64,000 nt of DNA from Candidatus Woesearchaeota archaeon CG_4_10_14_0_2_um_filter_33_13. Its GTDB lineage: Archaea; Nanobdellota; Nanobdellia; Woesearchaeales; GW2011-AR9. The position numbers and the translations under genes were made by a program. Shown here one piece after another: positions 20,357 to 28,344 of the stretch. Position 1 is the first letter of the stretch. Every line of letters starts with the position of its first letter. The notes beneath the pieces are model-generated. The model saw only the letters and a program-made list of their open reading frames with translations. It did not search any database and was not told the DNA's origin. The stretch spans positions 7,236 through 71,235 of the forward strand of contig PFNQ01000013.1 of the NCBI GenBank assembly GCA_002792115.1, in the 5' to 3' direction.

Positions 20357-23260
20357 CTAGCAGTTGTAATCAACGATCCACGTTGAAATTTTCCCGCCAG
20401 TAAACTGTTGTACTTCATCAAACTTTTCAAAGCACTTCGTTCCAAGACCATCAAAAAAGAATAACTTGGTAAAGGTGCTGTACGCCAGCGACGTGTCAGA
20501 TAACAACGCAGCATACCCATTACCATTTGGAATCAGAATTAAAGATGAACCGATAGTCTGACCATCAAATTTTTGTTCTTTTAACTCTTTTCCTTGTACA
20601 TAAACTAAAGATGCTGGGGAAACATTTTGTCCGTTATTAGTTCTAACTTTAGCAATGGCTTCATTTAAATTGATATCTAATGTAATGGATCCTTGCTGAG
20701 TATTGATCTGGCAGGTTACATTTGCTGAACTACTATTCTGACATTGATTTAACCCAGAATGATAGCTTGGCCATGAAGCAATCCATTGATCGGCATCTGT
20801 GGTTTGTATTTCATAACGAATCCTGTCTGCTTCATCTTCAGTTAAGGAGAAATTTTTAGTTAAATAATTAATTGCATCATCTTTTTTCATATTTTTTGTA
20901 TTTTGATACATAACTGCTTTATCAAAATCCCAGCTTCCAAAATGTCCCCAAACTCCTGCTTTACCCACCATATCTTCTGAGGTGATGTAATAATCGGTTG
21001 GTGCTTCGCAGTGTGTGTATTGAATAACGGAAGCCACTTGATTAGCATTTAATCCATAATCATTTAAGGTTTCAATCGCAGCTTCTTTCTTTTCTACGAT
21101 TATTTTGTTGATTATCTTAATCTCTTTTGGCGTGTCATTGAAAATATTATCTAACTCTATGAATGCACTGTTTTGCCCGCAATTTAACATTCTGATTATG
21201 CCTACTGTTGTTTTTTCATCGCTTGTCAAAAGTGATTTCCCGACCCAATGGGCATCCCATCCAACTTGCATACCTCCATCAAAGGTTGTTGGTCGCTCAG
21301 CTATCGCCATAAACCAGTATCCAAAATCCCACCACGAAGTTATCACTGCTTCAGCGGGAGCTTCGCTATTGATCTTAGTTAAAGTGTTATGCCAAGCATC
21401 ATTCATCGCTGGTACAGAATTGTATGCAGTTGAATATCCTGCCATGCTTGGTTGAATTAATAGCACTCCTAACAATAAAAATACAACCACCTTTGAAATA
21501 GTTAAATTAAGATTTAGTTCTTTATTAGTCCAATTACTAATATAACTCCAAGCTAATCCCAAGAATGCACCGAATAATATTGCCACTATCGGTGCAACCA
21601 TTAAAATAAACCTAACTCCCCTTGTTGTAGTATATAATGCTATAGCTAACCAAAAAGATAAAATTAATGCAATCATCAAATTATTGTTTGATTTATCTTT
21701 AACATTTCTTAACATCAATAAAATAATTCCTACTATCGCTAGAGTAAAAATTAGTTTTCCTCCTACTTGGCTGATTACTTGTGAGAATGGAGCAACATTA
21801 AGCTCTGCTACTGTAGTTAAGATATTTGGCCATAAGGAATCTATTGCTACTGCCTTTAAGTGGATTAATGAATTTATTGGTTCAAACAATCCGCTGTAAA
21901 AAGAGTTAAACGAACTAAATATAGAAACAAAAAGTCCTGAACTTATGAGGTAGGTTCCAAATAGGGACACATTTGAGAAAAAATCATCTTTCTTAATTAG
22001 AGTTTTAAGAGCCTTAGAATTTCTAATTAATTCATAAGCAAAGTATGAAAGCATAGATACTGCAAATATGGAAAAGAAATACCACCAAGCTCCCCACACA
22101 AAACTAAGTAATCCTGTTGCTAAACCAGCTAAGACAGTCCAACCTAATTTCTTCTTTAAATCCTTGCAAGTAATCGCTTCAATTAATAACCACAAAATCA
22201 GTATTGGAAAGAAGACAACGTAAACATCTGTGTCTGAACTTTCTCCGGTGGTTCTGGAAACAAAAAAAGCTGAGACTGCAATTAAAATAGCAACAAAAAA
22301 TCCACCAACATTATTTTTAGTGATTTTTTTACCGATAAAGAATGCAGGAATAACTGTTAATGCTGAGAAGATAGTTCCTATTAAAAAGAAACTAAACATC
22401 AATGGTACGTCTGAAAAAGAACTTAAAAATCGATGTAAAAATGCTCCAAACCAGGTGTGAAAATTTCCCCCTTCTGGTGAACCAGTTGGGTAGGCTCGAT
22501 AAGAATCATAATACTTTCCATCTTTTATTGAATTACCCGGATGACCATTTTCTAATCTATATTCTGTTTGTCTGTAAAAATAATAAGGGTCAATTCCTAA
22601 CAGATATAAAGTTCCCTGATCATCTCTAAACTGATCTTTATATTGTTGTGATACTTGCTTAATATCATTATTAACCTGGTCCTTGTTTTTCTCTTTTAAT
22701 TTTTGCAATTCATTCTGGACTAATGCATCTCTGTTTTGTTGTGGCAAGTTAGGATACTGTTGATTGATCTGGGCGGTAACTTGATTTTGATAAAAATTAT
22801 TAACTGTATTGTCGGCCCATTCATCGGTTATTGACATTCTTAATGGCATGGTTCGTAGATAAACAGAAGCAAACATAGCAATTAAAATAAATAATGCGGG
22901 GATGATCCATTTAGCATTAGTTTTAGCAAAAGTGGTAATTTTTGAAAAATCTACAGAAAGTTCGTCATCATTAACTTCTTTTTTGTGATGTTTATGTTCC
23001 GGATGGGAATGTTTATCTTTATCAGAAGAAGTTAAGCTTTTAAAAAATCGTTTAGCTTTATTTTTTATCTCAGAAAAATCTATTGATAAATCCTCATTAT
23101 CCTTATGAAACTCTTTTTTAACAACTTCTACTTTCCCAAGAGTGATCGTTTTTTTGTCACTATGATGTTGCAAAGTGTCTTCTGTTTTTGTTTCTTCCTG
23201 CTCCTCAGTATTAGAATCAATCTTAATATCTTTAGCCAATTTTCCACCCCAATAATCCAT
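20357..23260 (-). CDS. aglB: Archaeal oligosaccharyltransferase AglB (STT3 family)
   Basis: 967 aa and polytopic. It has the WWDYG-type motif SWWDFGYW (encoded at 21314-21334) and the EL1 motif GIDPYYFYRQ. There is an unusual charged N-terminal extension of about 117 aa. Confidence 0.9.
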   Translation of the reverse strand: MDYWGGKLAKDIKIDSNTEEQEETKTEDTLQHHSDKKTITLGKVEVVKKEFHKDNEDLSIDFSEIKNKAKRFFKSLTSSDKDKHSHPEHKHHKKEVNDDELSVDFSKITTFAKTNAKWIIPALFILIAMFASVYLRTMPLRMSITDEWADNTVNNFYQNQVTAQINQQYPNLPQQNRDALVQNELQKLKEKNKDQVNNDIKQVSQQYKDQFRDDQGTLYLLGIDPYYFYRQTEYRLENGHPGNSIKDGKYYDSYRAYPTGSPEGGNFHTWFGAFLHRFLSSFSDVPLMFSFFLIGTIFSALTVIPAFFIGKKITKNNVGGFFVAILIAVSAFFVSRTTGESSDTDVYVVFFPILILWLLIEAITCKDLKKKLGWTVLAGLATGLLSFVWGAWWYFFSIFAVSMLSYFAYELIRNSKALKTLIKKDDFFSNVSLFGTYLISSGLFVSIFSSFNSFYSGLFEPINSLIHLKAVAIDSLWPNILTTVAELNVAPFSQVISQVGGKLIFTLAIVGIILLMLRNVKDKSNNNLMIALILSFWLAIALYTTTRGVRFILMVAPIVAILFGAFLGLAWSYISNWTNKELNLNLTISKVVVFLLLGVLLIQPSMAGYSTAYNSVPAMNDAWHNTLTKINSEAPAEAVITSWWDFGYWFMAIAERPTTFDGGMQVGWDAHWVGKSLLTSDEKTTVGIIRMLNCGQNSAFIELDNIFNDTPKEIKIINKIIVEKKEAAIETLNDYGLNANQVASVIQYTHCEAPTDYYITSEDMVGKAGVWGHFGSWDFDKAVMYQNTKNMKKDDAINYLTKNFSLTEDEADRIRYEIQTTDADQWIASWPSYHSGLNQCQNSSSANVTCQINTQQGSITLDINLNEAIAKVRTNNGQNVSPASLVYVQGKELKEQKFDGQTIGSSLILIPNGNGYAALLSDTSLAYSTFTKLFFFDGLGTKCFEKFDEVQQFTGGKISTWIVDYNC

Positions 23261-23283
23261 AAGGGTAGCAAAACTGAGCTTTG

Positions 23284-23291
23284 TTTATAAA
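23284..23291 (-). promoter_or_regulatory. TATA box (TTTATAAA) for aglB
   Basis: 24 nt upstream of ATG 23260. Confidence 0.5.
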
Positions 23292-23309
23292 ATTTATTAT
23301 CCTCAATAA

Positions 23310-23348
23310 GGTGCTACATCCAATTTTTCTAGAAATTGGCACTGCACC
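23310..23348. other. Imperfect hairpin H1 in the aglB-mbf1 intergenic region
   Basis: GGTGC-tacat-CCAATTT-ttctag-AAATTGG-cact-GCACC. Confidence 0.5.
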
Positions 23349-23363
23349 ATTATTGAGATCTTA

Positions 23364-23438
23364 AAAATGCGGTGTGTTGAAAATCGTTCTGTGATACTCT
23401 GTTCTTTGAGGCAGAATGGAACGATTTTACCGCATTTT
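23364..23438. other. 75-nt extended hairpin H2 (20 bp of stem), candidate structured RNA or protein-binding palindrome
   Basis: AAAATGCGGT (23364-73) pairs with ACCGCATTTT (23429-38). AAAATCGTTC (23380-89) pairs with GAACGATTTT (23419-28). There is a 6-nt 5' bulge and a 29-nt apical loop. Confidence 0.55.
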
Positions 23439-23498
23439 ATGATACTTGAAGCAGGTGTTCGCCGATAAGTTTTAATATTGGTTAAATTTAAATCACTT

Positions 23499-23987
23499 AT
23501 GGCTGTTTGTGAAATGTGTGGAAAGGATGCGTATTTATCTAGTGTAAACGTTGAAGGGGTAGAACTAAAAGTTTGCCCTAATTGTAGTAAGTATGGTACC
23601 AAAAACCCTTCCCTTGAGCGTAGATTTAACTCGCGAGACCGATTTAAACAAGATAAGTCTTCAAATCGGCAAGAAGTTGAATGGAAGATCATTGAAAACT
23701 TCTCTATTTTACTTAAGAAAGCGAGAGATGAGAAACATTTTACTCAAGAACAATTTGCAAAGTTTATCAATGAACGGGAAAGCGTATTGCAAAAATGGGA
23801 GAATGGCGATCTTAAACCTAGAATTGATGTAGCAAGGAAACTAGAACAAATTTTAAATCTGAACTTAGTTGTTAAGGACAACAAAGACACTAGTGAAGGT
23901 GATGAAGACTTAACCTCAAATCAAAAGAATAAAAAGGCTGCAGAAGAGTTCACGTTAGGAGACTTTATCAAAATTCGTAAAAAGTAA
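23499..23987 (+). CDS. mbf1: Archaeal multiprotein-bridging factor 1 (zinc ribbon + HTH)
   Basis: MAVCEMCGKDAY..VCPNCSKYG zinc ribbon followed by an HTH (FTQEQFAKFINERESVLQKWENG). The track ORF begins at TTG 23478. ATG 23499 is preferred because a TATA-like box lies 21 nt upstream. Confidence 0.85.
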   Translation: MAVCEMCGKDAYLSSVNVEGVELKVCPNCSKYGTKNPSLERRFNSRDRFKQDKSSNRQEVEWKIIENFSILLKKARDEKHFTQEQFAKFINERESVLQKWENGDLKPRIDVARKLEQILNLNLVVKDNKDTSEGDEDLTSNQKNKKAAEEFTLGDFIKIRKK

Positions 23988-24022
23988 TTTTCTGAATAAT
24001 TAGTTGAGAATTATTCGTTTCT

Positions 24023-24880
24023 TCATAAATATATGATTGATAAGGTTAATCCCACCCATATTGCCATCCCTATAACTAAAGGCTTATTTTTAAATACCCT
24101 TTCCGGATGTCTAGCAACATCAGAACCATTATTTATTAAGTTCAAGAATCCAAAGATTAAATAGATCCCTAAAGGGACAGTATAGATGAGAGTTGGGTGT
24201 TCACTAAGAAAGGAGTATAAACAATACGAAACAATTAATAATATCGTAGAGAAGTTCACTAATTGGTTCGTCAGCTGTTTGTTGTAATGTTCTAATATTG
24301 CTCTTGTTCTCTTACCATCGGTTTTCATTAAGCTTAAATCTGCCTGCCTTTTTCCTACAACCAAAAACAATGCTAAGAAAAAAGGGCACAAAATCAACCA
24401 CGGAGAAACCCAAACATCAACTGCTAAAGCTCCAGATAACGCTCGTAAGGCAAACAAACTAGCAATAGTCAGGATGTCTGCGAACAAAACATTCTTTAAG
24501 TAAAGAGTATAAATCTGCGTTAGTACAAATAACAAGATTACAATTAATAAAAATGTTAAGTTAATTGATTTTGCTATCAACAAACCGATTATTAGTAAAA
24601 GCAATAATGCCAAAATTGCTTTATTTAAGCCAATCTTTCCAGAAGCAAGAGGACGGTTTTTCTTCTCTGGGTGCAGGGCATCTTTTTTTCTGTCAACTAA
24701 ATCATTAATAATATATCCTGCCGAAGAAACAAAAGATAGTGAGAAGAAGGCTAAAATGGAAATTAAGAATAGTTCTCCATCAAAAAGTTTCTCAGAAAAG
24801 ATAATCGCCAGGAATACAACTAGGTTTTTGTACCATTGTCTGATTCGCATCAGGTTCAAATAATCTTTGATTTTAGTCAT
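24023..24880 (-). CDS. UbiA-superfamily enzyme resembling polyprenyl-phosphate phosphoribosyltransferase (DPPR synthase-like)
   Basis: N-terminal MRIRQWYKNLVVF (RxxQWxKN) and NDLVDRKKDALHPEKKNRPLASG motifs. 285 aa with about 8 TM segments. 8-nt overlap with the upstream GT-C gene. Confidence 0.7.
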   Translation of the reverse strand: MTKIKDYLNLMRIRQWYKNLVVFLAIIFSEKLFDGELFLISILAFFSLSFVSSAGYIINDLVDRKKDALHPEKKNRPLASGKIGLNKAILALLLLLIIGLLIAKSINLTFLLIVILLFVLTQIYTLYLKNVLFADILTIASLFALRALSGALAVDVWVSPWLILCPFFLALFLVVGKRQADLSLMKTDGKRTRAILEHYNKQLTNQLVNFSTILLIVSYCLYSFLSEHPTLIYTVPLGIYLIFGFLNLINNGSDVARHPERVFKNKPLVIGMAIWVGLTLSIIYL

Positions 24881-26309
24881 TTTCTAGAGGAAGATAAATC
24901 TTATAATTGCACGTTTTAATGGTTTTATTAAAGATTTCTTTGTTCTCAATCTCAATTTGGGCCAATAATTCTGCCTTTTCAGATACACATTCGTTATCCT
25001 TAGGCTTACAAATTAGATCACAATCATTGATAAAAATAAGTTGGTATGGTTCTTCTAATTTCCCGTAGATTTTTGCTGCAAATTCCATGCCGTCTAAAGT
25101 GATAATCTTATTATCTAAAAAAGAAACAAAAGATGGGTCTGACGAGACAATTGTTCCAGTAATATTTTTTTCGGTAATAATCTGTTGAATCTCTGTCCTG
25201 AAGGCCGGAGCACTTTCAAAACTAAGGTTAGCTGGCATTGGTACTAGTAATAGCAATAATACAACAAGCAAAAATGCTTTTGGTTTAATAAATGGCTTTT
25301 GCTGTTGTTTTAAATTCTCATAAATCATTAGAATTACTTTTACAGCAAAGAATGCTAAGAAGGGTATAATTATCACCAAGTATCGTGGCTCCTTTCTTGG
25401 AACAATAAAAATAAAATAAACTAGAGTGAGGATCGTTATTGTTAGCGTGATTATACTATGACCTGTTACATCTATTTTCCTCCTAAAGAAAAGATATCCA
25501 TAATAAATTGAGAATAGGAATATTGGGTTACTTAAAAAGAAATGTAAGAAGTAGTAACTCCAACCTTGGCCATATAACCAGGTTGCTGTTCCTACAATCA
25601 TTGATCCAGACAAGAATGGTTCCAAAATGTTTCCGTACTTATACTGATTTAAGATTAAGTATGGGATTAATGGTAATAAAAAACCAACGCCCAAAAAGAA
25701 GATATTTTTAGTCTTCCCCCATAACGTTTCTTTGTTGAATAAAAGAACAATTGCTACTCCTGCAATGTACGTCCAAAGCGTAAATTTAGTTAAGAAAGCC
25801 AAACTTAATAATACTCCAGCGAGAAATATCTTTGTTTTATGTTGATGACCTAATAACAAATAAAGGCCAAGTAACCCAAAAGTCATCGCCAATGGTTCAG
25901 TAAGAATCATTCCGGTATGCATCAGGAATATAGGAGTTACACTAAAGATTAATGATGAGAAGAATGCGGTTTTCTTGTCAGAGACCTGTTTAACAATCTT
26001 GTAAAAAGCAGCAATTGCGATTAGAGAAAATAATAGGTCCAAAATTTTTCCAAAAGCAATTGGGTTTAACCCTAGTTTCCAAATTAAACCGATTAAGAAT
26101 GGATGGATCAACGGACGAAATGATTCCCAAATTCCAATTTCTCCTCCAGTGAAGATATATTTGCCCATACCAATATACACGTGGGCGTCCCACCACAATG
26201 GCCAATTAATTGATAAGTAAAAGATTCTGATCAGAAAACTAAATACTAGAACAAAAAAAAAAGGCTTTTGTTTAATTAGGTTAAACATTCTTTGCAAGTA
26301 TTGTTTCAT
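24873..26309 (-). CDS. GT-C fold membrane glycosyltransferase (ArnT/PMT-like)
   Basis: 478 aa: about 11 TM segments plus a C-terminal soluble domain. The first loop reads WPLWWDAHVY. Confidence 0.65.
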   Translation of the reverse strand: MKQYLQRMFNLIKQKPFFFVLVFSFLIRIFYLSINWPLWWDAHVYIGMGKYIFTGGEIGIWESFRPLIHPFLIGLIWKLGLNPIAFGKILDLLFSLIAIAAFYKIVKQVSDKKTAFFSSLIFSVTPIFLMHTGMILTEPLAMTFGLLGLYLLLGHQHKTKIFLAGVLLSLAFLTKFTLWTYIAGVAIVLLFNKETLWGKTKNIFFLGVGFLLPLIPYLILNQYKYGNILEPFLSGSMIVGTATWLYGQGWSYYFLHFFLSNPIFLFSIYYGYLFFRRKIDVTGHSIITLTITILTLVYFIFIVPRKEPRYLVIIIPFLAFFAVKVILMIYENLKQQQKPFIKPKAFLLVVLLLLLVPMPANLSFESAPAFRTEIQQIITEKNITGTIVSSDPSFVSFLDNKIITLDGMEFAAKIYGKLEEPYQLIFINDCDLICKPKDNECVSEKAELLAQIEIENKEIFNKTIKTCNYKIYLPLEND

Positions 26310-26312
26310 TAT

Positions 26313-27050
26313 TTAATTTTCTTCTGTTAGACAGATCTCAGAGTTTTCTAGTGAGTTACAGATCTGTTCTTGTAACTGTTCTTTACTTACAACACCTTCA
26401 AACTTTCTGTTATCAATGATTAGGGTGGGATATTTCTTAACAGTAAATTGTTCCATTACAATATCTACCATTGGTTCACTGTTCTTTAAATCAACATTAA
26501 TTGGAAAGACTAATACTTGTTCCCCAAATTTTTTCTTGAAGTATGTAAGTATGGTTCCTTGGTTTGGACAAGAAGGACAGTCAGCGGAGTAGAAGTAAAT
26601 AATTGGTACAATATCTAAATTACATTTTTTCTTACTTTCTAAGGCTAATAACCAGTAACGGAGGTTGTCGATGGCATAACGCCGCATGATAATGGTTTTT
26701 CTGGCATCAGAAACTTTTTGTTCTTCTTCATAAGCAACAACCTCACTAAGTGATTCAGAAAGGTCGACAACGGCCTCCTTAAGAGTTGTAGATAAGATTG
26801 GACAATTATCGGCATTATTAAATGCGTTGAGATAAAGATATTGCATCTGTAAACTTAAGTATTTAGTTTCTTGTGCTAAATTAACGTCTTCTATTAAGTT
26901 ATATCTATAATCATCTAAAACAAACCCTAATGTTATTCCTAATGAGAATATTAACAAAGTTATCACTCCTGCGATAATATACTTATCCTTACTTATTCTT
27001 CTAAAATTATTTTGATCATTAGTTTTGTCTTGTTTTTTTTCACTTACCAT
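26313..27050 (-). CDS. Membrane-anchored thioredoxin-fold protein (CxxC)
   Basis: One N-terminal TM (IIAGVITLLIFSLGITLGFVL) followed by FYSADCPSCPNQG and a Trx-like region (VFPINVD..KYPTLII). Confidence 0.6.
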   Translation of the reverse strand: MVSEKKQDKTNDQNNFRRISKDKYIIAGVITLLIFSLGITLGFVLDDYRYNLIEDVNLAQETKYLSLQMQYLYLNAFNNADNCPILSTTLKEAVVDLSESLSEVVAYEEEQKVSDARKTIIMRRYAIDNLRYWLLALESKKKCNLDIVPIIYFYSADCPSCPNQGTILTYFKKKFGEQVLVFPINVDLKNSEPMVDIVMEQFTVKKYPTLIIDNRKFEGVVSKEQLQEQICNSLENSEICLTEEN

Positions 27051-28333
27051 TTTAGTTTTTTACCTCTAGCAAATTCAAATAGTGATAATAGTAATATCAC
27101 TCCTTTAAGCAAATAATAAAAAAAGAAATAGGGGATTAAAGGAATAAATCCAAACTTAGTCATTCTTTCATTAGCATTTTTATGGGCTAAATAAAAAAAA
27201 GATGCACCAACGACAAAAATAAAGATAATTAAAAAACTGCGCCTAAAATCCATCTGCAAGAAATTAATCAAGTTAAATTTGAAACTTAATGTTTTAAGAT
27301 AAGGTATTATGTTAAATTTTATTGCAATCAAATTCTTTACTCGATTAATCATTGGCAAGAAGATTAAATAAACCGCAATAGTTATCCCTGTTATTGCCAA
27401 TATGTATCCCGCAACATTCTTAATCATCTGCATCATGCCGAAATCACCGTACTTTTTATTGGCGATTAATTCCTTGTATTGGTTAACACAAATTATACTC
27501 CCCAAATACCATCTCCTTCTTTGTCGGTAAAAGGGTTTAACTTCTTTTGGTGCAGTAGTATGAACATAACCATCAAAACATTGCTTTATTTTGTAATGAT
27601 GTTTTTGTAGTCTATAAGCAATCTCCTGATCTTCAGTTATGCTTTTAACATCAAATCCTCCTAATTCTCGGATGATCTTTGTTCTGTATAATGAGAATGG
27701 GCCTGGTGCCACATATAAAGAATCTAATCTGCTAGAAAGTCTTGCAATCAAGATAATTACTAAGTACTCTAACCACTGCACACGTTGTAGTAAATTCTTT
27801 GGTTTGTCAACTTTCATTGCGGGGGTAACAATAGCTAATTTGGGATCATTTTCTTGATCATAGATATTTAACATTTTTCTTAATGTCTGTGGATCTACAA
27901 AAGAATCGGCGTCCAGACAAGCAAAAAAATCTCCCTTCGTTAATTCTAAGGCCTTGTTCATAGATGCAGCCTTTCCTATGTTTTTGTGAGAGATTAACTG
28001 AAAATGTTTTTTATTTTGAATGTATTCCGCGATTATTTTTTTTGTATCGTCCTTAGAACCATCATCAATAACAATAACCTCTAATTTATCTTTTGGGTAT
28101 TCTATTTCATTGATTGATTGTAGTGTTCTCAGTATTGTTTTCTCTTCATTGTACGCAGGGACAAGAATAGAGACAAATGGAAATTTGTTTATTTGAGTGG
28201 AAGATTTTTCTTTTTTGAAAAATTCTCGATTATCCAGATAAACCAATAATAAGAATATTGAAAAGTACAATGATATAGCATACACAATCCATAATAGCAT
28301 ATTTACAAATATATTCATCAGTTTGTACTCCAA
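27044..28333 (-). CDS. Processive family-2 glycosyltransferase (membrane-integrated beta-glycan synthase; PgaC/NodC/cellulose-synthase-like)
   Basis: VPAYNEE, IDDGSKDDT, LDADSF, ITEDQE and the RQRRRW (QxxRW) motif. TM segments lie on both sides of the catalytic domain. Confidence 0.8.
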   Translation of the reverse strand: MEYKLMNIFVNMLLWIVYAISLYFSIFLLLVYLDNREFFKKEKSSTQINKFPFVSILVPAYNEEKTILRTLQSINEIEYPKDKLEVIVIDDGSKDDTKKIIAEYIQNKKHFQLISHKNIGKAASMNKALELTKGDFFACLDADSFVDPQTLRKMLNIYDQENDPKLAIVTPAMKVDKPKNLLQRVQWLEYLVIILIARLSSRLDSLYVAPGPFSLYRTKIIRELGGFDVKSITEDQEIAYRLQKHHYKIKQCFDGYVHTTAPKEVKPFYRQRRRWYLGSIICVNQYKELIANKKYGDFGMMQMIKNVAGYILAITGITIAVYLIFLPMINRVKNLIAIKFNIIPYLKTLSFKFNLINFLQMDFRRSFLIIFIFVVGASFFYLAHKNANERMTKFGFIPLIPYFFFYYLLKGVILLLSLFEFARGKKLKW

Positions 28334-28344
28334 AAGTTTTAAGC

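Noticed and set aside
23364-23460. C/D-box or H/ACA guide RNA interpretation of hairpin H2 (the TGATAC motifs at 23392 and 23440)
   Set aside because: There is no proper RUGAUGA/CUGA box pair. The internal loop is one-sided, so there is no pseudouridylation pocket or ACA box. The evidence is too weak to name a class.
23303-23692. 129-aa minus-strand ORF spanning the aglB-mbf1 intergenic region and the mbf1 5' end
   Set aside because: It overlaps the zinc-ribbon coding part of mbf1 on the opposite strand and the hairpin region. It has no promoter spacing or motif support.
24023-24880. Calling the UbiA-family gene digeranylgeranylglyceryl-phosphate synthase (archaeal lipid synthesis)
   Set aside because: The RxxQWxKN N-terminal motif and the tight coupling to a GT-C gene fit the DPPR-synthase-like branch better. 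The alternative is not excluded without a phylogeny.
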